A stretch of DNA of 64,000 nt from an uncultured delta proteobacterium (GCA_963843145.1 CAWJJC010000012.1:1-64000), one strand, 5' to 3'. Numbered from the stretch's first letter, positions 37,259 to 47,599 are shown. The notes: generated by a model not told the origin, from the letters alone. Numbers and translations: made by a program.

Positions 37259-38785
37259 TTAGATCTCTTGGGTTACCCGCAGGACCTCAGCGAGTGTACT
37301 TTTTTGAGCCCGGACCTTATCCACCCCGTCTTCCAATAAGGTTCGCATCCCTTTATTTCTGGCCACTTCCCGCATTTCGGTGGCATCGGTGTGCTTTAAA
37401 ATCAGACGGCGGATATCCTCGTCCACCACCAGCAATTCGAAGATCCCGATCCGACCGAAATAACCGGTAAAGGAACAGATTTCACACCCCCGGCCGTGGA
37501 AGGGCGCCATGGTCTGATCGGAAGAACCTAAAAATTGAAGTTCTTCCGGGGTAAAAGCGGTGGAGTCCAACTCCTGGCAGTGGGGACAGATGACCCTGAC
37601 CAAACGCTGGGCCAGGATTCCGCGGATGGTGGACGAAAGGAGAAAATTTTCCACCCCCATATCCAGCAGCCGGGTGATGGCGCTGGGGGCGTCGTTGGTA
37701 TGCAGGGTGGAGAAGACCAGATGCCCGGTCAAGGCCGATTGAATGGCAATCTCCGCGGTCTCCAGGTCCCGGATTTCTCCGATCATGATGATATCCGGGT
37801 CATGGCGAACAATGTGCCTCAGCGTAGAGGTAAAATTCAGACCGATCTGGGACTGCACCTGAATTTGGTTGATCCCCTTGAGCTGGTATTCAATCGGGTC
37901 CTCCACGGTAATAATTTTTTTATCGGGGGAATTGATCTTATCCAGTGCCCCGTAGAGGGTAGTGGTTTTCCCGCTGCCGGTAGGACCGGTAACCAGAATG
38001 ATCCCGTTGGGCTTCTTGATCAACTGATTGAAGGCCTCCAGGACCGATCTCGGGAATCCGAGTTGATCCAGGTCGATCACGATGCCCTCTTTGAGCAGAA
38101 TGCGCATCACCACGTCTTCCCCGTGCAGGACCGGGATGGTGGAAACCCGAAGGTCGATTTCTTTTTCCGCCACCCGCAGTTTGATGCGTCCGTCCTGGGG
38201 TAGCCTCCGCTCGGCGATATTCAATTTGGCCATGATCTTGATCCGGGAAATAATGGCGGCCTGGAGCTTTTTAGGCACCGCCTCGACGTCGTGGAGCACT
38301 CCGTCGATCCGGTAGCGAACCTTTAATTCATCTTCGAAAGGCTCGATGTGAATATCGCTGGCCCGGCTCTCCACGGCCCGGGTGATGAACATATTGACCA
38401 GCTTGATGATCGGGGCTTCCGAAGCCAGGTCTTTAAGATGACCGACATCCTCCTCATCCTCCCGGATAAATTCAAAGCCCCCTTCCCCCAAATCTTCGAT
38501 CAGGCGATTGATATTCTGAGGGTCCTGACCATAAAATTTCAGGATGTAATCGTTGACGACTTGGTCTTCTCCCAAATAGATTTGGACTTCAGCCCCGGTA
38601 GCCACCTTCAAGGCATCGATGATATCGGGGTCCCCCTGTGAGGCTAGAGCCACCTTTAAAAGGTTATTCTTAAGTTCCAAAGGAATGACCTGGTTTTCCC
38701 GAATAAAACGGGAAGAAAGGCCGTTCAGGACCAGGGGTACCTTCGGTAGCCGATCCGGATCTAACGCTTGGATGGCGGGCGCCAT
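37259..38785 (-). CDS. gspE: T2SS ATPase GspE
   Basis: ASDIHIEP, GPTGSGKTTT, EDPIE, GEIRD, TGHLV.STLH and a CxxC...CxxC motif. Confidence 0.96.
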   Translation of the reverse strand: MAPAIQALDPDRLPKVPLVLNGLSSRFIRENQVIPLELKNNLLKVALASQGDPDIIDALKVATGAEVQIYLGEDQVVNDYILKFYGQDPQNINRLIEDLGEGGFEFIREDEEDVGHLKDLASEAPIIKLVNMFITRAVESRASDIHIEPFEDELKVRYRIDGVLHDVEAVPKKLQAAIISRIKIMAKLNIAERRLPQDGRIKLRVAEKEIDLRVSTIPVLHGEDVVMRILLKEGIVIDLDQLGFPRSVLEAFNQLIKKPNGIILVTGPTGSGKTTTLYGALDKINSPDKKIITVEDPIEYQLKGINQIQVQSQIGLNFTSTLRHIVRHDPDIIMIGEIRDLETAEIAIQSALTGHLVFSTLHTNDAPSAITRLLDMGVENFLLSSTIRGILAQRLVRVICPHCQELDSTAFTPEELQFLGSSDQTMAPFHGRGCEICSFTGYFGRIGIFELLVVDEDIRRLILKHTDATEMREVARNKGMRTLLEDGVDKVRAQKSTLAEVLRVTQEI

Positions 38786-39040
38786 TTTAACACCTCGTTT
38801 GGGTTTGTGCCGGAATCGCCAAAAGGGGCTCCGGACTATTCAAAATATTGGCCTTCCCGCCCCCGAAAGCACTCGCTGACGAAAAAACCCTTAATATCTT
38901 TGATGAATAATATACCACAGAAGAACGGGAGATACAACCTTGAGGGACGGGTAGAAAGCCCGTCTCCAAGAAGGGTTCGGGATGACATCAAGGGACTTTT
39001 CGCGGGCTTGTCAACCATCAGAGGGCCCCTAAACTTTTTA

Positions 39041-39069
39041 TTGACATCCCCACTAGTCTATCCTATTTT
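39041..39069 (+). promoter_or_regulatory. Possible sigma-70 promoter for the acyl-CoA dehydrogenase gene
   Basis: TTGACA-17 nt-TATTTT. Confidence 0.35.
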
Positions 39070-39166
39070 CAAGCCTCAGTCCTGAGATTTTCAGGGTTTC
39101 GACCCTCGCCCATACCGATTTTTTATGGTCAGCCATTTTTATTCCCTCTAAGGAAAGGAAAGGTCC

Positions 39167-40318
39167 ATGGATTATTCGTTAACGATGGAACAGGACATAT
39201 TGCGGAAATCGGTCAGGGATTTTGCGGAAAAGGAGATTAAGCCCCGGGCCCGGGAGCTGGACGAAAAAGAGGAATTTTCTTATGAAACCTGCCGGCAGAT
39301 GGCCAACCTGGGACTTTTCGGCATGTTTGTCTCCGAGGCCTATGGCGGCCAAGGCCTGGATTATATTTCCTATATTATTGCCGTGGAGGAAATCGCCCGA
39401 GTGGACGGCTCCCATGCCGCCACTATCGCCGCCGGCAACTCCTTGGGAATCGGCCCGCTGTATTATTATGCCAGTGAAGAACAAAAAAGAAGATACTTGC
39501 CTAAACTCTGCAGCGGCGAGATGCTCTGGGGGTTCGGACTCACTGAACCCAACGCCGGATCCGATGCCGGAAACACGCAAACCACGGCGGTCCTGGACGG
39601 CAATGAATGGGTGATCAACGGGAGCAAGATTTTTATTACCAATGCCTCCACCGCCATCACCGGCGGGGTGACCGTTCTCGCCCGGACGGGGGCCCGAGAA
39701 AATGGAAAAAAGGAATTAAGCTGCATCCTGGTGGAAACCGGCACCAAAGGATTCGAAGCGCGACCCATGCATGGAAAACTCATGTGGCGGGCCTCCAATA
39801 CCAGTGAACTCTATTTTGATGATTGCCGGGTCCCCAAGGAGAATATCCTGGGCCCTCGAGGGGATGGCTTTCATCACATGCTGGGGACGCTGGACGGGGG
39901 CCGACTCAGCATCGGCGCCATGGGCCTGGGCGGCGCCCAGGGTTGTTTTGACCTGGCCTTGCGCTACGGGCACGAGCGGGTCCAGTTCGGAAAGTCCGTC
40001 GGTTCTTTCCAGGTTAATTCTTTTAAACTGGCCGATATGGCCTTAGAAATCGAGTGCGCCCGTTTGTTGCTTTATAAAGCCTGCTGGCTTCGGGACAACC
40101 ATAAACCCTTCGCCAAAGAAGCCGCCATGGCCAAGCTCTATTGTTCCGAGGTCATGTACCGTTGCGCCAACCATGCCGTCCAATTGCATGGCGGCTACGG
40201 CCTGATGAAAGAATATGACGTGGAGCGTTTTTATCGGGACCAGAAATTATTGGAAATCGGGGAGGGCACGTCGGAGATTCAACGGCTGGTGATCTCGCGA
40301 CTGATCGGAGCCATCTAG
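39167..40318 (+). CDS. Acyl-CoA dehydrogenase
   Basis: GLTEPNAGSDA, NGSKIFITN, GRLSIGA, QLHGGYG and IGEGTSEIQR motifs. Confidence 0.95.
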   Translation: MDYSLTMEQDILRKSVRDFAEKEIKPRARELDEKEEFSYETCRQMANLGLFGMFVSEAYGGQGLDYISYIIAVEEIARVDGSHAATIAAGNSLGIGPLYYYASEEQKRRYLPKLCSGEMLWGFGLTEPNAGSDAGNTQTTAVLDGNEWVINGSKIFITNASTAITGGVTVLARTGARENGKKELSCILVETGTKGFEARPMHGKLMWRASNTSELYFDDCRVPKENILGPRGDGFHHMLGTLDGGRLSIGAMGLGGAQGCFDLALRYGHERVQFGKSVGSFQVNSFKLADMALEIECARLLLYKACWLRDNHKPFAKEAAMAKLYCSEVMYRCANHAVQLHGGYGLMKEYDVERFYRDQKLLEIGEGTSEIQRLVISRLIGAI

Positions 40319-40364
40319 AAAAAAACAGGGCGATGAAAAAACCGCTCATCGCCCTGTTTTTTTC
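40318..40364. terminator. Bidirectional intrinsic terminator
   Basis: AAAAAAACAGGGCGATGA...TCATCGCCCTGTTTTTTT between convergent genes. Confidence 0.85.
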
Positions 40365-40370
40365 TTAAAG

Positions 40371-40697
40371 TTACCCCTCCGGGGTAGGGGCGGTCAGTTC
40401 CTCTTTTTCCTGCTTCATGGCCTCCCGCCCGGCGTCAAAGGCCGAAGACAGGGCCGACTTCTTCTGTTCCATGAACTCCTTGCCTTTCTCAATATAGACG
40501 GACGCCTTGTCCTTCCATTCATCGGAAAGGTGGCCGGACTTGTCTTTTACTTCCTCCGCCAGGTCACGAATCTTGTTCCGGGTCTGCCGGCCTTCCCAGG
40601 GGGCGAAAAGTATCGCTACCGCGGCGCCGACTACCCCTCCCATAATAAAAGATAAAATCAAAGAACTGCCGCAACTCTCTCTCATATCTTCTGCCAT
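40371..40697 (-). CDS. YtxH-domain protein
   Basis: FIMGGVVGAAVAILFAP..G..TR motif. Confidence 0.88.
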   Translation of the reverse strand: MAEDMRESCGSSLILSFIMGGVVGAAVAILFAPWEGRQTRNKIRDLAEEVKDKSGHLSDEWKDKASVYIEKGKEFMEQKKSALSSAFDAGREAMKQEKEELTAPTPEG

Positions 40698-40701
40698 CTC
40701 C

Positions 40702-41085
40702 TCATCCTCCCTTTTTTTTATGTTTAAAGAACGTCTTGCCGGCGGCCAATACTCCGGCGGACAGGCCGGCCATATTGATCAAGGGAGACGCCACCCCTCC
40801 CTTGATCACCCGGTTGATCGTGGATACAAGCCCGGCCGATTCGGCTATGGCTTTAAAAAGGGGCTCCGTCTGTTTCACCCTGTCCTCCACCTGAATCGTC
40901 AGGCGATTTATCCCACCCGAGACCTCTTTCAAATTGCGGACCAGCGGGACTATTTCCACTTCCAGGGATTTCAAGGTAGTTTCCAGGTCCTTGGACAATT
41001 TTGTCAATTGAATCAAGACCCGAATAAGGAAAAAAGCCACCAGGGCCGCTACGATCAAAAAACCCCAACTCACCCAATCCTGCAA
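40702..41085 (-). CDS. DUF948 (YtxG-like) membrane protein
   Basis: TM plus coiled coil upstream of ytxH; TTG start after GGGAGG. Confidence 0.75.
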   Translation of the reverse strand: MQDWVSWGFLIVAALVAFFLIRVLIQLTKLSKDLETTLKSLEVEIVPLVRNLKEVSGGINRLTIQVEDRVKQTEPLFKAIAESAGLVSTINRVIKGGVASPLINMAGLSAGVLAAGKTFFKHKKKGG

Positions 41086-41252
41086 GGAAACCCCTCCCTT
41101 CTCTGAAATCCCCATGCCCGGCGGCTGCACTCGGAGCAAGAAAAGGGGAAATCTATTTGTTTATAATAATAGCCTTTTTTCTTGACAAATGCAATGGCTT
41201 TAATGCCTGTTAGGCAAATAGCGGTTGACTCATCGATTCTCAGAACCCGGAG

Positions 41253-41936
41253 TTGGAGATGGTTGCTTCCTGGATAGCGTCCACCAAAGCTTTTCTATTC
41301 GATTTTGACGGGACCTTGGCCAGACTGAATATCGACTTTCAAGCCCTTCGCCTGGAAATCCTGGCTTTGGCCCAGGACTTCGGGCTTAAGGAGCCCATCC
41401 TTCCGGACCCACCCTATCTCCTGGAAATGGCCGGCTCCTTAAGTGCCGAGTTGGCCGTCCGAGAACCCGGACAGGCCGCCGTTTTCCTCAATCGCTCTCT
41501 GGCGTTAATCGAAGCCCGGGAAAGGGAGGCCGCCGCCCCGGAGAACCTCTTTCCCTGCACCCCCCGGGTCTTAGCCGGTCTGCTCCGGGAGAACTTCCAA
41601 GTTGCCATTCTGACCCGCAATTCGGGGGCTTCAGTCCGTCAGGTTTTTCCGGATATCGATCGCTATTGTCACCTTTTTTTGCCCCGTGAAGCCGTACCCC
41701 GGCCTAAACCCGATCCGGGACATCTCCTGGCGGCCTTGCATCGTTTCCAGGTTCCGGCCCGAGAAGCCGCGATGGTGGGGGATCACCCTCTCGATATCCT
41801 TTCAGGTAAAAAAACCGGCACTCGGACTATCGGCGTGTTGACCGGGCGGACGGGTGCCGCGGAATTGGAGGCCGCCCAGGCCGATATCGTCCTGTCCGAT
41901 GTGGCGGAACTGCTGGGGTTATTAATACGAAAATAA
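41253..41936 (+). CDS. HAD-superfamily hydrolase (phosphoglycolate phosphatase-like)
   Basis: FDFDGTL, LTRN, KPDP and VGDHPLD motifs. Confidence 0.9.
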   Translation: MEMVASWIASTKAFLFDFDGTLARLNIDFQALRLEILALAQDFGLKEPILPDPPYLLEMAGSLSAELAVREPGQAAVFLNRSLALIEAREREAAAPENLFPCTPRVLAGLLRENFQVAILTRNSGASVRQVFPDIDRYCHLFLPREAVPRPKPDPGHLLAALHRFQVPAREAAMVGDHPLDILSGKKTGTRTIGVLTGRTGAAELEAAQADIVLSDVAELLGLLIRK

Positions 41937-41984
41937 AATGCCAAACCAATCGGCGTTCAGATTGAGTCGGCCTCAACCTTCTTT

Positions 41985-42018
41985 GTCATTCTGAAGGAGC
42001 GAAACGACTGAAGAATCC
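41985..42018. repeat. REP-like element GTCATTCTGAAGGAGCGAAACGACTGAAGAATCC
   Basis: GTCATT-headed imperfect palindrome related to the copy at 50373-50405. Confidence 0.6.
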
Positions 42019-42121
42019 CTCTGAAAGAAATGACACGACGCCTGAAGGATACCAGCGCTAACAACCCATCGAAACAGGTGAAAGGTGATTAGAGTCAGGA
42101 CGGGATTGCTTTCTTTAAATA

Positions 42122-42305
42122 TGTCGAAAAACTTTACATTTTTTATTTTTTAATAATTTCTAATGATATAAAGAAGATATAGGATTTTTTTAATAATATG
42201 TCGGAAAGTTTTACATATTCTACTCGTCAGAGTTTTATGGTTATAATATAACATATTGAAATAATGAATGAATGTTATATTAAAATAATTGGCAAGAATA
42301 TTGCA
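42122..42305 (+). promoter_or_regulatory. Sigma-54 promoter with two upstream TGT-N11-ACA enhancer-like sites
   Basis: TGGCAAGAATATTGCA at 42290-42305 has exact -24/-12 spacing. TGTCGAAAAACTTTACA (42122) and TGTCGGAAAGTTTTACA (42199) lie upstream, with an AT-rich spacer. Confidence 0.7.
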
Positions 42306-42459
42306 AAAAGATAAATCGGATAAGTCGTATTTAGCCCCACCTGATATTCTTCATAACATCGAAAATAGAAAAATGAAAAGAACCTTGTTGTTATCGGTAT
42401 TTTGTGCGTCCCTTGTGTTGACATGGGTAACCATCGTAAAGGTTATTTTTTGACGCTGC

Positions 42460-42860
42460 CAAAACTATCTCGTCTGCCATTTTTGGGAGTTCCACTTTCC
42501 AAAGTCGTATTCGATAGCCGTCGCTCCCTCCGCTATCGGCGGTGATTAACAATTCGGTCGCCTGGGGATATAATTGCCGACCCTCATGCCGCCACCATTC
42601 CCGAACGACGGAGATGACCGGGTTCCCTCTGGCCATAGTCCGTCGTACTTTGTTATTGATGTGCCTGAATTGCTCGTCGCGGTCAGGATGATCATCGCCT
42701 TCTTCGGTCTTCCGGTTCCCCTGAAGACTGTAATTCATGGACCGCAGTAATTGAGCAACCTTCTCATGACTGATCGGGTGGTCCTGCAGACCAAGCTCCC
42801 AGGCCAACGTACGGGTACTTTTGCAGGTCCAGCGTAAAGGTGATTCCGGTATCCCCTGAA
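42460..42860 (-). mobile_element. ISAzo13-family transposase remnant (truncated, internally deleted)
   Basis: PESPLRWTCKSTR.LA, YSLQGNRKTEEG..HPDRDEQF..IN and PVISV joined directly to WW...G..LYP.A..LLITADSGGS.G.R.RLWK.EL. Confidence 0.85.
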
Positions 42861-42874
42861 ACAGGAAAGCATTG

Positions 42875-44867
42875 ATGAGTAGCCAGGAAAAGAAAACCAT
42901 CCTGCTCGTTGAAGCCGATGTTTTTCTCGCTATTTATGAGGCGCAGACGATGGAGGGCTTCGGATATCATGTTATCGTCGCGACCTCCGGTGAGAGGGCC
43001 GTGGAAATTGCAGTCGGCGATGAAAAGATTAGTCTCATCCTCATGGACATCGATCTCGAGGGGCCAATCGACGGGTCCGAAACGGCGAGACAAATTCTCA
43101 GGAAGAGGAATATCCCCATCATATTTCTCACTTCCCATTCGGAAGAAGAATATGTCGACAAAGTAAAAGAAATCACCCGCTATGGATACGTGATCAAGGA
43201 TTCCGGTGACTTCGTGCTGCGTTCGTCCATCGAGATGGCGTTTGAGCTTTTTGAGGCGAACAAGAATTTACAATTTAAGATGGCGGCGCTGCGAGAGAGC
43301 GAGAAAAGGTACCGAGAGCTGTATGATTTTTTGCCAATCCCGGTCTATGAGATGGATTTGGAAGCTAATATTACTTCTGCTAACGAAGCCCTGTGTGACA
43401 CTTTTGGCGGTACGGAAGAGGATTTAAAAAAAGGTTTCAGCGCCTGGCAGCTTCTTTTACCTGAAGAGATTGAAAAATCCAAACAGAACATTCAAAAGCT
43501 GTTAAGGGGGGAGAAAATAAAAGATACTGAATATACTTTAATGCGGTTAGATGGATCGAGCTTTCCGGCCATGATAATTTCAAGTGTCATTTACCATAAT
43601 GGCCTTCCGGAGGGAGTCAGAGGGGCTATCGTAGATCTTACCGTGCGCAAGCGGGCCGAGGAGGCTAAGGAGGAAGTGGAGGCCCAAAACCGTCAACTCG
43701 AGAAGGCCGAAAGCCTGGGCCGCATGGCCGGCGCCATCGCCCACCACTTTAATAACCAGCTCGGAGTAGTGGTGGGAAACCTGGAATTGGCCCTGATGGA
43801 TCTGCCCCAGCATGGAGGTTCGGTCGAGATGCTGACCGAGGCCATGACGGCCGTCCACCGGGCGTCGGAGGTAAGCGGGTGGTTGTTGACTTACCTCGGA
43901 CAAACATCCGGCCAGCGTGAACCCTTGGATCTTTCCGAGATCTGCCGTTTAAGCCTGCCCTTGCTCCAGGCCGTCCTGCCCAAAGATGTGGTCTTGGAGA
44001 GCGAGTTACCCTCCCCCGGTCCAGCCGTCAGCGCGAATGCGGACCAGATACAACAGGTGCTGACCATCCTGACCACCAATGCCTGGGAGGCTATAGATGA
44101 CGGCCGGGGCGCCATTCACCTGATCGTCAAAACGGTTTCACCGGCAGACATCCCCAAATTGCACTGCTTCCCCATCGACTGGCAAGCGCAGGACAATGCT
44201 TACGCCTGCCTGGAATTGGCAGACTCCGGCGGTGGGATAGATGAAAAGACCATCGAGAAGCTCTTCGACCCTTTTTTCTCCACCAAATTTACCAGTCGCG
44301 GTATGGGACTGGCCGTTGTTCTGGGGGTGGTACGGGCACACCGCGGAGTCGTCACCGTGGAGAGCGAACCGGGCCGAGGGAGCATCTTCCGGGTCTTTTT
44401 GCCCCTCTCTGCCGAAGAAGTCCTCCGCCGGCCGGAAAAAGCGGCTCAAACCCCGGAAATTCAAGGGGGCGGACTGTCAGTGGGTCAGGCCCAGGCGGGC
44501 ACGGTGCTGCTGGTGGAAGACGAGGCGGAACTGCGCAAAGGTGGTCACGATCATGCTCACCCGTCTGGGTTATACTGTGCTGGCAACCGAGGATGGCGTC
44601 GAGGCGGTGGAGGTCTTCCGGAAGCATCAGGACAAAATCCGTTGCGTACTGTCTGACTTGTCCATGCCGCGTCTGGACGGTTGGGGGACGTTGGCGGCCC
44701 TGCGGAAACTCGCGCCGGATATCCCGGTAGTCCTGGCCAGTGGCTATGACGAGGCTCGGGTGATGTCCGGAGACCATGCCCATATGCCCCAAGCCTTCTT
44801 GAGCAAGCCGTTTGGATCCGAGGAGCTGGGCGAGGCGATCGCCAAAGCACTGGAAAAGAAGGCCTAA
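42875..44867 (+). CDS. Hybrid sensor histidine kinase REC-PAS-HisKA-HATPase-REC, +1 frameshift near 44538
   Basis: LILMDIDL, PAS, LGRMAGAIAHHFNN, NAWEA, DSGGG and FDPFFSTK motifs. The C-terminal REC (VLLVEDE / VLSDLSMP.LDG, FLSKPF) continues in the +1 frame. Confidence 0.88.
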
Positions 44868-45000
44868 CCAATCAAAACTCAAATCCATTAAGCCGGCTCT
44901 CGATTATTATCCTTAACCCGAATAACCAGGGATAGCCGGAGTCGTTTCTTACCTCATGAGTCCGAACGTTTACGGCTTCAGATAGTTATTTTCGTGCCCG

Positions 45001-45321
45001 TTAATGGATCGGCGGTTGCGGATTTTTTTCTTCGGGAAGCCCGCGCCGCCGCGTCTGCATCTGCAGGTAGCCGTCGCTGAAGGGGTAGGGACCGCCTCTA
45101 AAATGGGGACAGGGGAATTTGTCGCAGTCGCGCAGACAGTATTCCACCCTGCGCTCCACCGCGCAATTCAGAATGGGGCAAACCCCGCCGATCAGCCGCA
45201 ACTGGGCCACCAATTTCCGATTGGCCTGCTCCGATCGACCGGATCCGCAGGGGCTGCATTTTCCTTCCGCAAAGAGTCGACAGGTCAGGCAATTGATGCC
45301 GCAGGCCCCGGTACCTTCCAT
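45001..45321 (-). CDS. Small Cys-rich protein (DUF3795-like, putative Fe-S/Zn binding)
   Basis: CGINCLTC...CSPC...CPILNC...YCLRDCDKFPC; its GGAGG SD overlaps the kinase stop codon. Confidence 0.75.
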   Translation of the reverse strand: MEGTGACGINCLTCRLFAEGKCSPCGSGRSEQANRKLVAQLRLIGGVCPILNCAVERRVEYCLRDCDKFPCPHFRGGPYPFSDGYLQMQTRRRGLPEEKNPQPPIH

Positions 45322-45330
45322 TTTTTCCTC

Positions 45331-46677
45331 CTAAAGGGAACAGACCGCTCGAACGTAATAGTGGCAGGTAAAATCCTGCCAGAAAACAAACCCCAAGTCA
45401 ATGCTGACAAACCAGGCGGCGTTGAAAGAACGGCGATCGGCGCTCCAGAGGCATTTCTGAGCGGAATCGAAAGGTAGGGCCAGGCAGTAGGCGTCGACCC
45501 CGGGAGTTTCAGTGGTCAGGGAACACAACTCATCTACCGTGGGGAGGCGCCAGTCCGACCGTCCGGCGAACCGGTCCCGGTTAAGCCCCTGAACATAGAT
45601 CCCGGCCTCCGGCCAGGTCAGAGGGTATTCGGAACCGGATTGTTCCCAGAGCAGATCATGAGACCGATCGGCCACTGTCCCGTCGTCCCTTTTCTGCCAA
45701 TCCGGAGAGGAATAAGACCGGGGCCGCCACAATTCGTCCATTCCAAAAATGGCGCGGGCCTCAGCCGGACGAACCTTGATCGGGTTCCGGCGTAACGGAA
45801 GGGAAGGCCTAATTTTCAGGGGCTGCTCATCCGGGACGGGCGCCGGGCGACAAGCCTTCTCCCGGACGGTCTCCCACTGAAGTCGCAGTCGCTCCAATTC
45901 CTCCAGCATTTCCCCGGCCGAAACAAATCTATCTTCCTTTTCTAAAGCGGCGCCTCTCAATAAGAAGGCGTCCCAGTTGGAATCCAAATCAGGATGGCTG
46001 CGGCTCGCTGGCCGACGGTCTTCCGAGGGAAGGCGGCCGGTGGCCAGACGGTACAGCGTTACCCCGACCGAGTAAAGGTCGGCCCGGACATCTACCCGAT
46101 CCGGGTCCTGCTCCTGTTCCGGAGCGGCATAATAGGGGGAGCCAACCTTCAGATTGTCCGGAGCCGGCAAAGTTTCTCCGCGGAGCAAGGACAAACCGAA
46201 ATCGCCTATTTTTATGGTGTCCTCTTCGCTAATCAGGAAATTGAAGGGCTTCAGGTCTCGGTGAATGATCCCGGCTTCGTGGAGGCGGGCCACCCCCTTT
46301 AAAATATGCCGGCCATAATGCAAAATCCGGTCCGGTTTCAGCCGGCGTGTCGGGTTCTCCACCTCTCCGGATTCCCCGATCAGTGTCCCCAGGTTGTTGC
46401 AATAATATTCCATGACAAAAAACGGCGTTCCCTCAACCTCATCAAAATCCCAGACTGCCAGGAGGTTGGGATGACGCAGTCTGGACATGATAACGGCCTC
46501 GTTGATAAAGCGTTTCTTCAGCTCCTTTTCTCCCAGGAGGCTGATCAGAATCGGATGGGGGTGAAGTAGTTTCAAGGCCATAATTTTTTCGATTACCGGC
46601 AGCCGCACCTTGTAAACCAGGCCCATGCCGCCGCGCCCCAAAAGCCCACAGATTTCATATCGTCCTATTCTGCGCAT
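45331..46677 (-). CDS. Hanks-type Ser/Thr protein kinase fused to a DUF1566 (Lcl C-terminal-like) domain
   Basis: LGRGGMG.VY, ALK, HRDLKPFN, DFG and YAAPEQ motifs; C-terminal GTV.D....L.WE, W.EA..Y, DWRLPTVDEL and VRAV. No TM segment. Confidence 0.9.
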   Translation of the reverse strand: MRRIGRYEICGLLGRGGMGLVYKVRLPVIEKIMALKLLHPHPILISLLGEKELKKRFINEAVIMSRLRHPNLLAVWDFDEVEGTPFFVMEYYCNNLGTLIGESGEVENPTRRLKPDRILHYGRHILKGVARLHEAGIIHRDLKPFNFLISEEDTIKIGDFGLSLLRGETLPAPDNLKVGSPYYAAPEQEQDPDRVDVRADLYSVGVTLYRLATGRLPSEDRRPASRSHPDLDSNWDAFLLRGAALEKEDRFVSAGEMLEELERLRLQWETVREKACRPAPVPDEQPLKIRPSLPLRRNPIKVRPAEARAIFGMDELWRPRSYSSPDWQKRDDGTVADRSHDLLWEQSGSEYPLTWPEAGIYVQGLNRDRFAGRSDWRLPTVDELCSLTTETPGVDAYCLALPFDSAQKCLWSADRRSFNAAWFVSIDLGFVFWQDFTCHYYVRAVCSL

Positions 46678-46697
46678 TCTATTTTCTTAGGCCTGGT

Positions 46698-47423
46698 TTA
46701 AAAAAGTCGCCGGGCGTTGTATTCCGGAAAATCCAGGCCCAGAATTTTTTCGGCGGTTCTGGCTATGTTATAGGTTACGTAGCGCAGTTCGAGGGTGGAG
46801 GAGCGACTATCCCAGATCACATACTTGGCCTGGTTGTTGCCATCCCGGGGCTGGCCCACGCTCCCCACGTTGACCAGATATTTGACCCCCTCGCGTAGGG
46901 GAAAGAGCCCGCGTTTGAAAGGGAGGTTCGTGATGCCCTGACCCTCGGAGGCGATGAGCTGCAGGTCGTGGGTGTGACCGATAAAGCATATCCTTTCCGG
47001 CAAGGCCGCCAAAATTCGATGGATTTCCTGGTCGGGAACTTCGTAAAGATAGGTGGTGATCGAATCGGGCGGAAAGCCGTGGACGAACCGGCAGTCCTGG
47101 TCCAACAGGAAGGGGCGGAGCCCTTTGAAATAGTTCAGTGACTCTTCCGATAACAAGCGCCGGGTTATCCGTAAGGAGATCCGGGTGGGCTTGTTGAACC
47201 AGCCTAGATAGCTGGGATCGACCAGACCCAGTTCGTGATTGCCCATGACCACAGGAATTTTCAGCGCCCGGATTTCCCGAATAACTTCCTCCGGTTCCGG
47301 TCCATACCCCACGCAATCGCCCAGGCAGAACAGGGAATCAATCCGGTTTCGATCCATATCGGCCAAGACTTTTTTGAGGGCTTCCCAATTGCCATGAATA
47401 TCCGAGAAGACGGCTAACCGCAT
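46698..47423 (-). CDS. Calcineurin-like metallophosphoesterase
   Basis: SDIHGN, GDCVGYG, GNHE, VHG, GHTH and NVGSVGQPRDG motifs. Confidence 0.92.
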   Translation of the reverse strand: MRLAVFSDIHGNWEALKKVLADMDRNRIDSLFCLGDCVGYGPEPEEVIREIRALKIPVVMGNHELGLVDPSYLGWFNKPTRISLRITRRLLSEESLNYFKGLRPFLLDQDCRFVHGFPPDSITTYLYEVPDQEIHRILAALPERICFIGHTHDLQLIASEGQGITNLPFKRGLFPLREGVKYLVNVGSVGQPRDGNNQAKYVIWDSRSSTLELRYVTYNIARTAEKILGLDFPEYNARRLF

Positions 47424-47599
47424 GGTTTATATTATCCCAGAGAACCCTTAAATGGTATCAAAAATAATGGAATCTTTGGTTAGAAGGGGTTCCAGCAGAA
47501 CGGAGTGTTGGCCGAAGAAAGACATGGCAGGGGAGTGCGCGTTCAGTGTATAATACCTTAGGCGGATTCCCCGGCCCGTTTGAGAAAGGATGGTTTATT

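Noticed and set aside
38990-39015. GGACTTTTCGCGGGCTTGTCAA as another end of the MITE-like element
   Set aside because: Too short and degenerate to support without a genome-wide consensus.
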